Positions 45,193 to 54,695 of a stretch of 56,122 bases of DNA are shown piece by piece (the stretch's first letter is position 1; each line of letters opens with the position of its first letter). The position numbers and the translations under genes are program-made. The notes beneath the pieces are model-generated. The model had not been told where the DNA came from and did no database searches. It was given only the letters and a program-made list of their open reading frames with translations. Origin of the DNA: Candidatus Woesearchaeota archaeon (lineage in GTDB: Archaea; Nanobdellota; Nanobdellia; SCGC-AAA011-G17; JACQNH01); contig JAHFIJ010000002.1 of assembly GCA_023246445.1 (NCBI GenBank), positions 1-56,122 of the forward strand, given 5' to 3'.

Positions 45193-45288
45193 TTTTATCT
45201 TGTTGGATATATATGATGCAGTATATAAGATTGTGTTGTCTATTTAATATACAATAACTTTAAATAATCTTAAAAGAATAGATAAGAT

Positions 45289-46038
45289 ATGAATAAAGAG
45301 ACTTTGCTAAAATTGGGGCTTTCAAGAAGAGAGGTTGAGGTTTATTACACTTTATTAAGCGTGGAAGAGGCATTAGCTTCAGGAATCTCAGAAAATACGT
45401 ATGAATCCAGAACTAATATCTATGATACTTTAAATTCTTTAATTAAAAAAGGTCTTGTTAGTTATGTAATAAAAAACAATCGTAAATACTTTATGAGTAC
45501 TAATCCTAAAAAACTGTTAGAATGGATTGAATTAAAAAAAGAAGAGGTAGAGAAAGAGGAAAAAATAGTTGAAAGTTTAATACCTGATTTGTTAAAGTTA
45601 AAACTACCAAAAGAAAAAAAGGTTGTGGTTGAAGTTTACGAAGGAAAAGAAGGACTTAGAACAATGTTTAAAGAAACTATTGAATCGTCAAGAGAGACTA
45701 AAAAAGAGTTTCTAATATTCGGGGCAATTGCTGGTGTTTTAAGAGAGTTAGATCCCATATACCATGAGAGGTATTATAAAGAACGAAAAAAATATAAGAT
45801 AAAATCAAGATATATATTTATTGAAGGAGAAAAACATCCAATAGCTCCTTATTCAGAATACAAATATCTCCCAAAAGTTTACAAGAGTTTTGTTGCAACA
45901 ACAGTTCACGGAGATGAAGTTTCTTTTTGGTTATTAACTAAACCTGAAATTGTTATATTAATTAAAAGTAAAGATCTAGCTGAAACTTACAGGAATAATT
46001 TTGAAGTTTTATGGAAATTTGCAAAATTTAAATGTTAA
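45289..46038 (+). CDS. TrmB-family transcriptional regulator
   Basis: wHTH LSRREVEVYYTLLSVEEALASGISENTYESRTNIYDTLNSLIKKGLV. Paralog of 8709-9419. Confidence 0.75.
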   Translation: MNKETLLKLGLSRREVEVYYTLLSVEEALASGISENTYESRTNIYDTLNSLIKKGLVSYVIKNNRKYFMSTNPKKLLEWIELKKEEVEKEEKIVESLIPDLLKLKLPKEKKVVVEVYEGKEGLRTMFKETIESSRETKKEFLIFGAIAGVLRELDPIYHERYYKERKKYKIKSRYIFIEGEKHPIAPYSEYKYLPKVYKSFVATTVHGDEVSFWLLTKPEIVILIKSKDLAETYRNNFEVLWKFAKFKC

Positions 46039-46044
46039 AATTCA

Positions 46045-46084
46045 TTTTTTAGTATAATGTTTTTAGTAAATAAATATTTATATA
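46045..46084 (+). repeat. 40-nt repeat copy B, probable promoter region of the Zn-ribbon/bud32 unit
   Basis: Partner of 42471-42510. Ends in TTTATATA about 50 nt upstream of the ATG at 46136. Confidence 0.7.
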
Positions 46085-46135
46085 GTTGTTTTTTATCTAG
46101 AATTTTGAGGGGTGAAGAAAAGAGGTGATCTTTTT

Positions 46136-46231
46136 ATGATAGTTAAGTGTGAATCATGTGGCTTAGAATTCAGAATGTTAAATAGTGTTGAAGATTCTGA
46201 ATATTATTGTGAGAAATGCAGAAGCGAGTAG
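46136..46231 (+). CDS. 31-aa zinc-ribbon micro-protein
   Basis: MIVKCESCGLEFRMLNSVEDSEYYCEKCRSE. ATG lies 8 nt after GAGGTGA. Confidence 0.4.
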   Translation: MIVKCESCGLEFRMLNSVEDSEYYCEKCRSE

Positions 46232-46268
46232 AGAAAGGCTTTTAAGTATTATTTTTAGATTTAATTTT

Positions 46269-46877
46269 ATGAAAGAATTATCAAGAGGGGCTGAAGCAGT
46301 ATTATATTTAAATAGAGATAGAGTAGTTAAAAAAAGGATTTCTAAGGGTTATAGGATTAAAGAAATAGATTTAGAGATTAGAAAATTAAGAACCAGAAGT
46401 GAAGGCAAGATTTTAGAGAGGGTTAATGTTGATAAGCCCAGAGTTTATAACGTGAATGAAAGGGAAATGGAGATAGAAATGGGTTTTGTTAATGGCAAGG
46501 TTTTAAGAGATGTTTTAGATAATTTAAATGATAATGAAAGAGTTAAGGTTTGCGGGTTAATCGGGGTGGGTATAGGGAAGATGCATTCTCAGGATATAAT
46601 ACATGGAGATTTAACAACTTCTAATTTTATTTATGATGGTGAAAAGGTTTATTTTATAGATTTTGGCTTGAGTTATTTTAGCAAAAGAGATGAAGATAAG
46701 GCTGTGGATTTGAGATTATTGAAGCAAGCATTGGATGCCAAGCATTATTTTTATAGTAAAGAGTGTTTTGAAGCAATATTAAACGGCTATAAGGGATATA
46801 ATAAAGATTTTAAGATTGTTTTAGAGAGATTGAATAAGGTTGAATCAAGAGGAAGATATAAACATAAAAATAATTAA
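46269..46877 (+). CDS. bud32: KEOPS kinase Bud32
   Basis: RGAEAVLY, IIHGDLTTSNFI, FIDFGLS and ESRGRYK. ATG at 46269 lies inside the longer track ORF. Confidence 0.85.
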   Translation: MKELSRGAEAVLYLNRDRVVKKRISKGYRIKEIDLEIRKLRTRSEGKILERVNVDKPRVYNVNEREMEIEMGFVNGKVLRDVLDNLNDNERVKVCGLIGVGIGKMHSQDIIHGDLTTSNFIYDGEKVYFIDFGLSYFSKRDEDKAVDLRLLKQALDAKHYFYSKECFEAILNGYKGYNKDFKIVLERLNKVESRGRYKHKNN

Positions 46878-47009
46878 ATTTCTTTGGTTAATACTGTATT
46901 TTGTATATAATTCAAGGTATAATACAAGATATGGGATTGTGGTATATATTATAAAATCAAAATATTTTTAAAGGATAATTGTCTTTGAATAATGTTAAAA
47001 GAGGTAAAA

Positions 47010-47531
47010 ATGAAAATAAATTGTCCGCATTGCACGAAAGAAATTGAGTTCTTAGTTAAGAGCAATATAATTAATCAGCCTAATGTTAATGGACATGCAA
47101 ATGTTAGCCAATCACAAGGAGATATTAATCAATCCCCATCGACACCAGTAAGTCAAACACCCATAATTTCAAGAGGGGCGCCGATACAGAGTCATGGAGC
47201 TGTGTATTATAGGGATAATAATACTGGTCAAGTGTTTGTGCAACAGGCTCAATCAGGATTAGGAAATGCACAACAAGCTCAAAACTTGCAACAAGAAAGA
47301 CAAATAACCCAGTCACAATTAGATGTAAGTAGCAATGGTGTTAGTAAGACTGTTCAGGAGAATGCCAAAACTAATGTTGTTAATAATCCTAGTGCTGTGG
47401 ATAATGAGCAAATAAGAGGCGTTGCTTTTGGGGCACCTAAGCCACCTTTAAATACGGCCAATGAACAAAAACATAAAGAGGCTGAAAATATATTAAGCAG
47501 ATTAGCTAATTCTGATGGGATGAAAAGATAA
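47010..47531 (+). CDS. Hypothetical: N-terminal zinc-ribbon half, Q/N/S-rich low-complexity body
   Basis: MKINCPHCTKEIEF is followed by Gln/Asn-rich sequence. GAGGT lies upstream of the ATG at 47010. Confidence 0.5.
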   Translation: MKINCPHCTKEIEFLVKSNIINQPNVNGHANVSQSQGDINQSPSTPVSQTPIISRGAPIQSHGAVYYRDNNTGQVFVQQAQSGLGNAQQAQNLQQERQITQSQLDVSSNGVSKTVQENAKTNVVNNPSAVDNEQIRGVAFGAPKPPLNTANEQKHKEAENILSRLANSDGMKR

Positions 47532-47578
47532 ACTATTAGATAAGGTTTTTAAATACAATTCTTATGAATTCTTAAGAT

Positions 47579-47728
47579 AGCCCCGTCGTCTAGCGGCCAA
47601 GGATAGAGCCCTTTGAAGGCTTTGACGGAAGTTCGAAATAGCTTTTCTTTTGAGTAAAGCTTGAAGAGTCCTTGTGTGGACTTTAAGAAAAAAATTAGGA
47701 AAAGAAAGCGAAAGTCTTCCCGGGGCTA
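47579..47728 (+). tRNA. tRNA-Gln(UUG) with ~77-nt T-loop intron
   Basis: Acceptor AGCCCCG/CGGGGCT (A1:U72), anticodon arm GAGCC-CTTTGAA-GGCTT, and T stem GGAAG/CTTCC (47716-47720). The T-loop TTCGAA is interrupted at about 47638-47715. Confidence 0.85.
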
Positions 47729-47762
47729 TATATTTATATAATTAAAAATAATCTATAGCTTT

Positions 47763-48548
47763 ATGTTTTGGATTAAAAGAGAGAAAAAAAGAGGGCAGGC
47801 TTCATACTTTGTTTTAGCAGGGATTATTGTCTTTATGGTTTTAGCAGTATTGGTTTTTATTTTTTCTACTGAGCAAGTTAAATCAAAAGTAAAGTTTGAG
47901 AATTTAGAACTGCCCATTAAAATTGAAGATGTTGAAAGAACTATTGATTCTTGCTTAAAAAAATTAACTGAAACGGCTATAAATTCTATAGCTTTTAATG
48001 GTGGTTTTATTGATATAAGAAATTCTCCTATTGAACCATTAGGATTTTATTTTCCCGGAACGAAAAGTAAAGCTAAAGTTGCTTATGGGTTATTTAATGA
48101 TAATATAGTTTTAATAAGCGAAGAAGGGTTTAAATATCAATTAAAAGAATACTTGAGATATGAAGTTCCTCTTTGTTCTTTTCCTAATGGATTTAAATCA
48201 AATGTTAAACAGAGCGATATTAATGTAGATGTAAAAATATCCCCGGGTTTTGTTGATATTGAAATGAATTATCCCCTTGTTTTGAAAGTTGGAGATCTAA
48301 ATGCAAAAACAAAGGAAACGTATAAACTTAAATTAAAGTCTAATATTGGTGAAATGCGTAATGTTGCAGAGGAAATTGTTAAACAGCAGAAAAAGTATAA
48401 TGGACAAATTGAAATTTCGAATATACTATCTTTCGGATATGATATAAAAGTTATTCCTATAGACAAGAATACTTCGGTGATTATGATTTATGATAAGGGG
48501 TCTACTGGTTTGATATTTATGTTTGGGAGCAAGAACAAAAATGAATAA
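47763..48548 (+). CDS. Type IV pilin-like (class III signal peptide) protein
   Basis: The N-terminus KKRGQASYFVLAGIIVFMVLAVLVFIF fits the archaeal prepilin signal (basic, G, small residue, hydrophobic helix). Confidence 0.6.
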   Translation: MFWIKREKKRGQASYFVLAGIIVFMVLAVLVFIFSTEQVKSKVKFENLELPIKIEDVERTIDSCLKKLTETAINSIAFNGGFIDIRNSPIEPLGFYFPGTKSKAKVAYGLFNDNIVLISEEGFKYQLKEYLRYEVPLCSFPNGFKSNVKQSDINVDVKISPGFVDIEMNYPLVLKVGDLNAKTKETYKLKLKSNIGEMRNVAEEIVKQQKKYNGQIEISNILSFGYDIKVIPIDKNTSVIMIYDKGSTGLIFMFGSKNKNE

Positions 48549-51153
48549 GGTCAAATTAATTAAACTATTTTTGTTATTACTGTTAATTTTAATATATGTT
48601 CAAAGAATAAATTCTACACCAGAGATTGAGGGGCAGGACCAAAATGTAAATGATGTTAAAATTAAAGTACATGGTAATGTTGAACTAAAAGAAGGTAAAG
48701 ATTCTTACGAGATCACTGCTACTAAAGATAAAGGACTAGTTCAGATTGGTGAATCGATTTATGATGCTTCTTTTTTGCAAATACCCTCAAACAGCAGATT
48801 AGTGATCTTCAAAGGATTTGCGAATAATGAGAAAAAAATCTTACTTTATTTATCTCCAGATTCTAACGGCGATATTGGATTTTTAAATATAAAGAAAGAC
48901 TTTGAGCCTACGCTTATCTTTAGTAATAGGGATAAAGTATCCTTTTTGGAAAGAGATACTAAGCTAAGGGTTAATAAAGGAACTTTAGAGATAAATAAGA
49001 ATAAAAAGATTTTCTATAAAAATGGTTATTCTAATGGTTATTTAATTCTTAGATCTAATTCAGAAGTGAAAATAAATCCAAAAGGTTTAAGTGGTAGTTT
49101 TAAAGTATTCCAAAAAGAAACTGGCTTTGTTGTTGGTGAGGTTGAAGGTGAAAATCTTATTGTTTTATCTACTGAAGAATTAAATGAACGTGTAGGGGAT
49201 AATGTTGTAGTTTTTTCTGATAATTTTGTTAATAAATTTATTAAGGGCGATGTAAAATATAAAGACAATGCTTATGAGTTTACAGTTGAAACAGATAAGG
49301 CAAATGTTGAAATTAAACCCGGCAGTGTTAAATTCTTGGAAGGAAAGGGTAAGATTATTAGAATGGATAAAACAATTAATGTTGAAAATGATAAACTTTT
49401 AGTTCTAACTTTTCTTGAGAAAGAGAATAAAGATAAATCTAAAGAAATTGAAAAATCTAAATCAGAGATTATAATATCAACTAAAAAAGAGAATATAAAG
49501 ATTGATAAGGTTGGCGGTATAAAAAGTATAGCAAAAGAAAATTCTGCTGAGTATAATATATACAATTCTTTGGGTTCTGTTGATATTAGTGAATTTGACA
49601 AAGAACAATTGGCTCTGTATAATACTTATTTAATTGGTGGGATTGATGATGATTCAGCTGCGTGGTTAGCGAGGAATCATAAAGAAATAAATCTGAAGAT
49701 GGCTATTCCTTTTTTAAATAATGGATTTTTTGTGCTTAGTGTAATTGATTTTATGGAGAAGGGTGTAACCTTCGATAAAGCGAAAGCTTATTTGGATGTA
49801 GGGGTAGAGGCCATGGAGATAATACCGCTTATTGACGAGGATATAAGTCCGTTAGAGGTTAAGAAATATAGCTCTTTAGGGGTGGAAACTGATCTTAATC
49901 AGCTTGTAAAATTGAATATACCTGATAAGGTTATTAAAGATTATCAAGAGGTTCTTAAGAAATATCCTTTTGAAAAATATTATCAAACTTCTTTTTTTAG
50001 GGGGGGATATATCTCTCGCTTAGCGGATATATCGAAAGTTGGCGAACTTTATGCAAGACTGCATTATTATAACATAAAACCTAAACAATTGGATACTTAT
50101 CTAAACACACTATTAAAACCTGAACATTCATTAAAATTTACAATTGCTTTGCGATCCATTGACGATTTTGTGGAGTTAATGAGGTTGAAAATTCTACCTG
50201 ATACTATCGTGGATTATTTTGATAAAGGGGGTTATAATTTTGGGGATATTCTTAGTTTTTATAAAGCTGGTATGAAACCTAACGAGATGAAAGAATACCA
50301 AAAAATTGTTGGTAGTCGGACTATGGGCAGAGTAGATTATGGGGTGAAATTAGAAGAAGTAAGAGAATATAATGAAGCTGCAGAAACGACTTTTGACTAT
50401 AAGGAAATTGCTGAACTTAAGGATTTAGGCGTTAAGCCAAAGGGAGTGAAAGAATTCCTGAAGAAGTATAATAATTCCCTTGAAGGTAGTTCTGAATTTA
50501 AGAAACAATATGAAGAAAGAATGAATGAGTTGAATTTAAAAGTAGAAGGAGAAAATAAGAAAAGATATAGCCTTCCGACTCTTGATCTTGTTTCGAGGAA
50601 TTGGAATAGTGAAAAGGCGGATAAACCTGTAGCACTTGTGATATTAAACCGTAATGATTGGAACGGGGCATTTTTAAATATAGATGAGCTCTACTATTCG
50701 TTGTCTGATAAATATTACTTATTAATTACGGAAGCATCAGAGGAGGAGGAAGCTCAAGAGCAGCTTAAAAAAGCAAAAGAAAAATTTGGTGCAATAAGTT
50801 TTGTGTTGATTGGGGGGCATGGAGAACCATCACAAATTAATCTTGGTGATGGGGATGGTGAGAAATATTATATCGACAATAAAGATAAAGATTTTTTTAA
50901 TGTGTTGAAGGATTCGACAAGGGATGGTGCTGTTGTTGTTTTACAGAGTTGTAGTGCAGGTAAGGGGGATAGTTCTATAGCAGAAGAGCTTAGTATGGGT
51001 AGTCAAAGAACTGTGTTTGCGCCTACTTGCCCATCAAATATTAGAAGATTCGTTTTAGGGGATAAAGGTGTGGTGGATGTGGAATATGTTAACGGAGTTC
51101 AAGTTACAAGAAAATTTGAGCCTAAAATAAAACAACTTAATGCTGGAAAATGA
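48541..51153 (+). CDS. Large secreted protein: beta-rich N-half, degenerate short helical repeats, C-terminal His/Cys alpha-beta domain (clan CD/CPD-like)
   Basis: Signal peptide MNKVKLIKLFLLLLLILIYVQRINS. Repeats of the type G(V/M)KPxxxKE(Y/F). The C-terminus has VALVIL, YYLLITEA, FVLIGGHGEP (His codon 50818-50820) and VVVLQSCSAGKG (Cys codon 50950-50952). Confidence 0.7.
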   Translation: MNKVKLIKLFLLLLLILIYVQRINSTPEIEGQDQNVNDVKIKVHGNVELKEGKDSYEITATKDKGLVQIGESIYDASFLQIPSNSRLVIFKGFANNEKKILLYLSPDSNGDIGFLNIKKDFEPTLIFSNRDKVSFLERDTKLRVNKGTLEINKNKKIFYKNGYSNGYLILRSNSEVKINPKGLSGSFKVFQKETGFVVGEVEGENLIVLSTEELNERVGDNVVVFSDNFVNKFIKGDVKYKDNAYEFTVETDKANVEIKPGSVKFLEGKGKIIRMDKTINVENDKLLVLTFLEKENKDKSKEIEKSKSEIIISTKKENIKIDKVGGIKSIAKENSAEYNIYNSLGSVDISEFDKEQLALYNTYLIGGIDDDSAAWLARNHKEINLKMAIPFLNNGFFVLSVIDFMEKGVTFDKAKAYLDVGVEAMEIIPLIDEDISPLEVKKYSSLGVETDLNQLVKLNIPDKVIKDYQEVLKKYPFEKYYQTSFFRGGYISRLADISKVGELYARLHYYNIKPKQLDTYLNTLLKPEHSLKFTIALRSIDDFVELMRLKILPDTIVDYFDKGGYNFGDILSFYKAGMKPNEMKEYQKIVGSRTMGRVDYGVKLEEVREYNEAAETTFDYKEIAELKDLGVKPKGVKEFLKKYNNSLEGSSEFKKQYEERMNELNLKVEGENKKRYSLPTLDLVSRNWNSEKADKPVALVILNRNDWNGAFLNIDELYYSLSDKYYLLITEASEEEEAQEQLKKAKEKFGAISFVLIGGHGEPSQINLGDGDGEKYYIDNKDKDFFNVLKDSTRDGAVVVLQSCSAGKGDSSIAEELSMGSQRTVFAPTCPSNIRRFVLGDKGVVDVEYVNGVQVTRKFEPKIKQLNAGK

Positions 51154-51983
51154 AAATGGATAGACTAAGATTTGGAACTGCTGGAATTCCGATTTGCACT
51201 AATGGAGACACTCTAAAAGGAATAGAAACTGTCAGGAAATTAAAATTAGATTCTATGGAATTGGAATTTGTAAGATCAATTAATATTAGTAAAGAGAAAG
51301 CACCTTTAGTTAAACAAACAGCTCAAAGAAATGACGTAATATTAACCTGCCATTGTCCTTATTTTATAAATTTAAATTCTGATGAAAAGAAAAAATATTA
51401 TGCTAGTATTGGTTATATAAAAAATTCTGCTATTATAACCTCTTTGTGTGGGGGTTATTCGGTTTGTTTTCATGCAGGTTATTATCAAAAAGAAGATCCT
51501 GAGAGGGTTTATGAGAAAATTAAAGAAGGAATTAAAACAATAGTGAAAGAAGTTAAAGATTTTGATGATAAGATCTGGATAAGGCCTGAAATATCCGGAA
51601 AAAAATCACAATTTGGCGATTTGAAAGAAGTAATCAAATTAAGCCAGGAAATAGAACAAGTAATGCCCTGCATTGATTTTTCCCATTTATTTGCCAGAAG
51701 TGTTGGAAAAAATAATACTTACGAAGAGTTTAGTGAAATCTTAAAAGATATTGAAAAAGAATTAGGAAAAAATGCTTTAAATGAAATGCATATACATGTA
51801 GCAGGAATTGAATATACAGATAAAGGAGAGAAGAATCATTTAAGATTGGAAGAAAGCAAGTTTAATTATAAGGATTTATTAAAGGCTTTAAAAGAATTTA
51901 AATGCAAAGGGGTTGTAACCTGTGAAAGCCCTAATATTGAGAGTGATGCCATATTATTACAGAAGGCTTATAATAGCTTTTAG
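51150..51983 (+). CDS. nfo: Endonuclease IV-like TIM-barrel protein (AP endonuclease family 2)
   Basis: RFGTAGIP, ELEFVR, HCPYFINL, FHAG, IRPE, CIDFSH and HIHVAG. Confidence 0.75.
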   Translation: MKMDRLRFGTAGIPICTNGDTLKGIETVRKLKLDSMELEFVRSINISKEKAPLVKQTAQRNDVILTCHCPYFINLNSDEKKKYYASIGYIKNSAIITSLCGGYSVCFHAGYYQKEDPERVYEKIKEGIKTIVKEVKDFDDKIWIRPEISGKKSQFGDLKEVIKLSQEIEQVMPCIDFSHLFARSVGKNNTYEEFSEILKDIEKELGKNALNEMHIHVAGIEYTDKGEKNHLRLEESKFNYKDLLKALKEFKCKGVVTCESPNIESDAILLQKAYNSF

Positions 51984-52651
51984 TCATATCTTTCTGTTTT
52001 AATTTGCTCTTGTTTAACATTTAAGGATTTTAACTCACTTACCATTGAATCTACGAACAAGGGTGGGCCACAGATAAAATACAAGGAACTTTCTTTAATA
52101 TGCTTTTTTAATAGATCTTTAGTAATCCTTCCATTTTTAATTTCTTTATGAATCTCTCTTGTTAATGTAAAAACTTTTTCTATTGATAGTTTCTGAAGCT
52201 CTTCTTTATAGGTTATGTCTTTTTCTGTTTTGTTTGAAAATAATAATGTTTGTTTAATTTCCTGTTTATTTTTTAACAAATATTTTATAATTGATCTTAT
52301 TGGTGCGATGCCTGAGCCTGCTGCAATGTGGATTATATTATCAGTATTTTCATTATTATAACAAAATGATCCGTAAGGCCCTAAAGCTTCAAATTTGTTT
52401 TTTAATTTTGTTTTATCTAACAATAATGTTGAAGCTTTTCCGTTTAATGTTTTTTTAACTGTAATCTCAATATAATCTTTTTCATCTGGTGAAGAGGAGA
52501 TTGAGTAAGGCCTTCTTATTTCTTCGTTATTTATTTTAAAAATGAATACTAAAAATTGTCCCGGCTTAAATTCTAAAGGATTATCTAACGAAAACCTAAA
52601 TGTTTTTGTATCCGGGGTTTCATCTGTTATTTTTATTAATTTTAATTTCAT
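51980..52651 (-). CDS. Ferredoxin-NADP reductase-like FAD/NAD(P)-binding oxidoreductase
   Basis: RRPYSISS (RxYS) and HIAAGSGIAPI. No Fe-S tail. Confidence 0.75.
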   Translation of the reverse strand: MKLKLIKITDETPDTKTFRFSLDNPLEFKPGQFLVFIFKINNEEIRRPYSISSSPDEKDYIEITVKKTLNGKASTLLLDKTKLKNKFEALGPYGSFCYNNENTDNIIHIAAGSGIAPIRSIIKYLLKNKQEIKQTLLFSNKTEKDITYKEELQKLSIEKVFTLTREIHKEIKNGRITKDLLKKHIKESSLYFICGPPLFVDSMVSELKSLNVKQEQIKTERYD

Positions 52652-52696
52652 TTTTAGAATTACTTAAATTTAGTTTAAAAGAGTTATGAACCTTTG

Positions 52697-53107
52697 TTAC
52701 TGTAATTTAGATAAATCCCTGTTTATTATAACGGGATTCATGCCAGTTAATTCATCTTTGAAAATATTCTCTGGAATTGGATTGAATAAGTAAATCTTTT
52801 TGTTTAATTCAAATGCTTTTGCTATTTCTAAGAAAGTTGCACCCCCTATATAATTGGGCTGGTTATTCTTTTCAAAGTTTAGAACTAAAACTGCGTCATT
52901 TTTTTCAATATTTGGTTTATCTTTACGAAGCATTTCTGCTTTCCATTTAATGTGCTCTTCTTTGCCAATTTTTTTCATTTCTTCTTCTTTGAAAGGTTCA
53001 TTATAACTATTAGGTAAATGGATTTTATGACCCTGACTTTCCAATTGTTCTTTTATTTCAGGTATTTTATTATAGAAATGCTTACTACAGCATATTATTA
53101 TATTCAT
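52697..53107 (-). CDS. Nucleoside 2-deoxyribosyltransferase-like small protein (tentative)
   Basis: Flavodoxin-like pattern IIICCS...NDAVLVLN...GGATFLEIAKAFELNKKIYLF. Confidence 0.35.
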   Translation of the reverse strand: MNIIICCSKHFYNKIPEIKEQLESQGHKIHLPNSYNEPFKEEEMKKIGKEEHIKWKAEMLRKDKPNIEKNDAVLVLNFEKNNQPNYIGGATFLEIAKAFELNKKIYLFNPIPENIFKDELTGMNPVIINRDLSKLQ

Positions 53108-53139
53108 AAATTCTTGTTAAGAAAAGACATATAAAAGGT

Positions 53140-53418
53140 TTACTGGGGGGCAACTTCTTTTCCTGTTTCCAAGTCAATGATTTTTATAACTCTTACAGGA
53201 CAGACATTAGCTGCTTCTATGTTTGCTTTTAAGTCCTTTTCATCTATTATTACTTCTTCTATAATTCCGTTAATTTTTTTTATTTCCGGCTTCTTATTTG
53301 TAACAATAGAGGCTTTGCCGTCTTCTTTTAGGACCCAGTATTCAGGATTAACGGCTACGCAAGCTGCTGCGCCTATACAATTATCCCTGTCATAGATTAT
53401 TTTGTATTTCTTTCCCAT
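53140..53418 (-). CDS. Small ferredoxin
   Basis: DRDNCIGAAACVAV ... ANVCPVRVI. Confidence 0.75.
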   Translation of the reverse strand: MGKKYKIIYDRDNCIGAAACVAVNPEYWVLKEDGKASIVTNKKPEIKKINGIIEEVIIDEKDLKANIEAANVCPVRVIKIIDLETGKEVAPQ

Positions 53419-53575
53419 ATGATTAAAGAATTTGAACAGTTTAAAAGATTTATGTAGGAAGATTTAAAAAGGATTGCTGTGGTTAAATTTGGAAGGGTAA
53501 AGCAGTGAGAGCTTCTTTATACCGGAACTGAATTAGTTCTGTGTAAGCTTAAAACTGTTTTAAAAATTGTATAAA

Positions 53576-54031
53576 ATGGCAAGACAATATTCAAGGAGAA
53601 AGGGAAAATCCGGATCTAAAAAACCATTAAAGATAGTTAAGAAAAGCTGGTTAAGATATTCTGATAAAGAAATAGAAGCTTTGGTTGTAAGATTATTTAA
53701 TCAAGGGAATAAGGCAAGTCTAATAGGAATGATATTGAGAGATGTTTATGGTGTTCCTGATATTAAAACTGTAACTGAAAAAAGTGTTACTCAAATATTG
53801 AAAGAAAATAATCTAGAGCGTAAATTACCTGAAGATTTAACTGCGCTTATATTAAAGGATATTATTATTATGAAGCATTTAGAGAAAAATAAAAAGGATA
53901 TGCCTAGCAAAAGGGGTTTAATATTGACTGAAAGCAAGATAAAGAAATTGGCAAAATATTATAAAAAAATTGGAAGACTACCGCAAGAATGGGTCTTTAA
54001 TAGGGAGAATGCTAAACTATTGCTAGAATAG
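53576..54031 (+). CDS. rps15: Ribosomal protein uS15 (S13e type)
   Basis: MARQYSRRKGKSGSKKP..., LILTESKIKKLAKYYKK. ATG at 53576. Confidence 0.9.
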   Translation: MARQYSRRKGKSGSKKPLKIVKKSWLRYSDKEIEALVVRLFNQGNKASLIGMILRDVYGVPDIKTVTEKSVTQILKENNLERKLPEDLTALILKDIIIMKHLEKNKKDMPSKRGLILTESKIKKLAKYYKKIGRLPQEWVFNRENAKLLLE

Positions 54032-54050
54032 TAGAAAAAGAAAGCTAAAA

Positions 54051-54620
54051 ATGGAAGAAAAGAAGCAACAGGTCAAAATTGAAAAGGAAAAGAGAAAATG
54101 GTATCAGATAATCGGGCCTAAAATATTTGGTGGGAGATTGATAGGCGAAACTATTGGCGAGAGCATTGAGAAAATAAGCGGGAGAGTATTAGAGTTAAGT
54201 GCTGGAATGGTAAGCGGAGATATGAAGAAGCAATATATGACTTTAATTTTTGTTTTGAATAGCGGGGATAATAATACATTAAATGCAAGTATTACTGGAC
54301 TAAAGGTTTCTCAGTCTTATCTGAAGAGGGGTATGAGGAGATTTAAGGGCAAAATAGAGGATTCTTTTGCTGTAAAATGCTTGGAAGGGGATGTAAGAAT
54401 AAAAGTTATGCTCTTATTGAGGGGCGAAGTGCATAAGGCAGTTAGTGGCAAATTAGTAAAATTATGCAGGGAAATAAGTGGCAAATTTACAGAAGGTAAG
54501 AAAATTGAGGATTTGGTTTTAAGCGTTTTAAATGATAGTTTTAGTAGGGGTATAAAAGAAGGTTTAAAGAGGGTATATCCTGTTGCTAGTGTTGAAGTAA
54601 AGTATCTTGCTAAAGAATAG
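54051..54620 (+). CDS. rps3ae: Ribosomal protein eS1 (S3Ae)
   Basis: KRKWYQIIGPKIFGGRLIGETI. Confidence 0.9.
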   Translation: MEEKKQQVKIEKEKRKWYQIIGPKIFGGRLIGETIGESIEKISGRVLELSAGMVSGDMKKQYMTLIFVLNSGDNNTLNASITGLKVSQSYLKRGMRRFKGKIEDSFAVKCLEGDVRIKVMLLLRGEVHKAVSGKLVKLCREISGKFTEGKKIEDLVLSVLNDSFSRGIKEGLKRVYPVASVEVKYLAKE

Positions 54621-54695
54621 AATTATAGTTTAATATAGTTATAATGAAACTTTTTAGGAAGGTTTTTAAAACGGTTTTTTATAGAATTTATTAAT

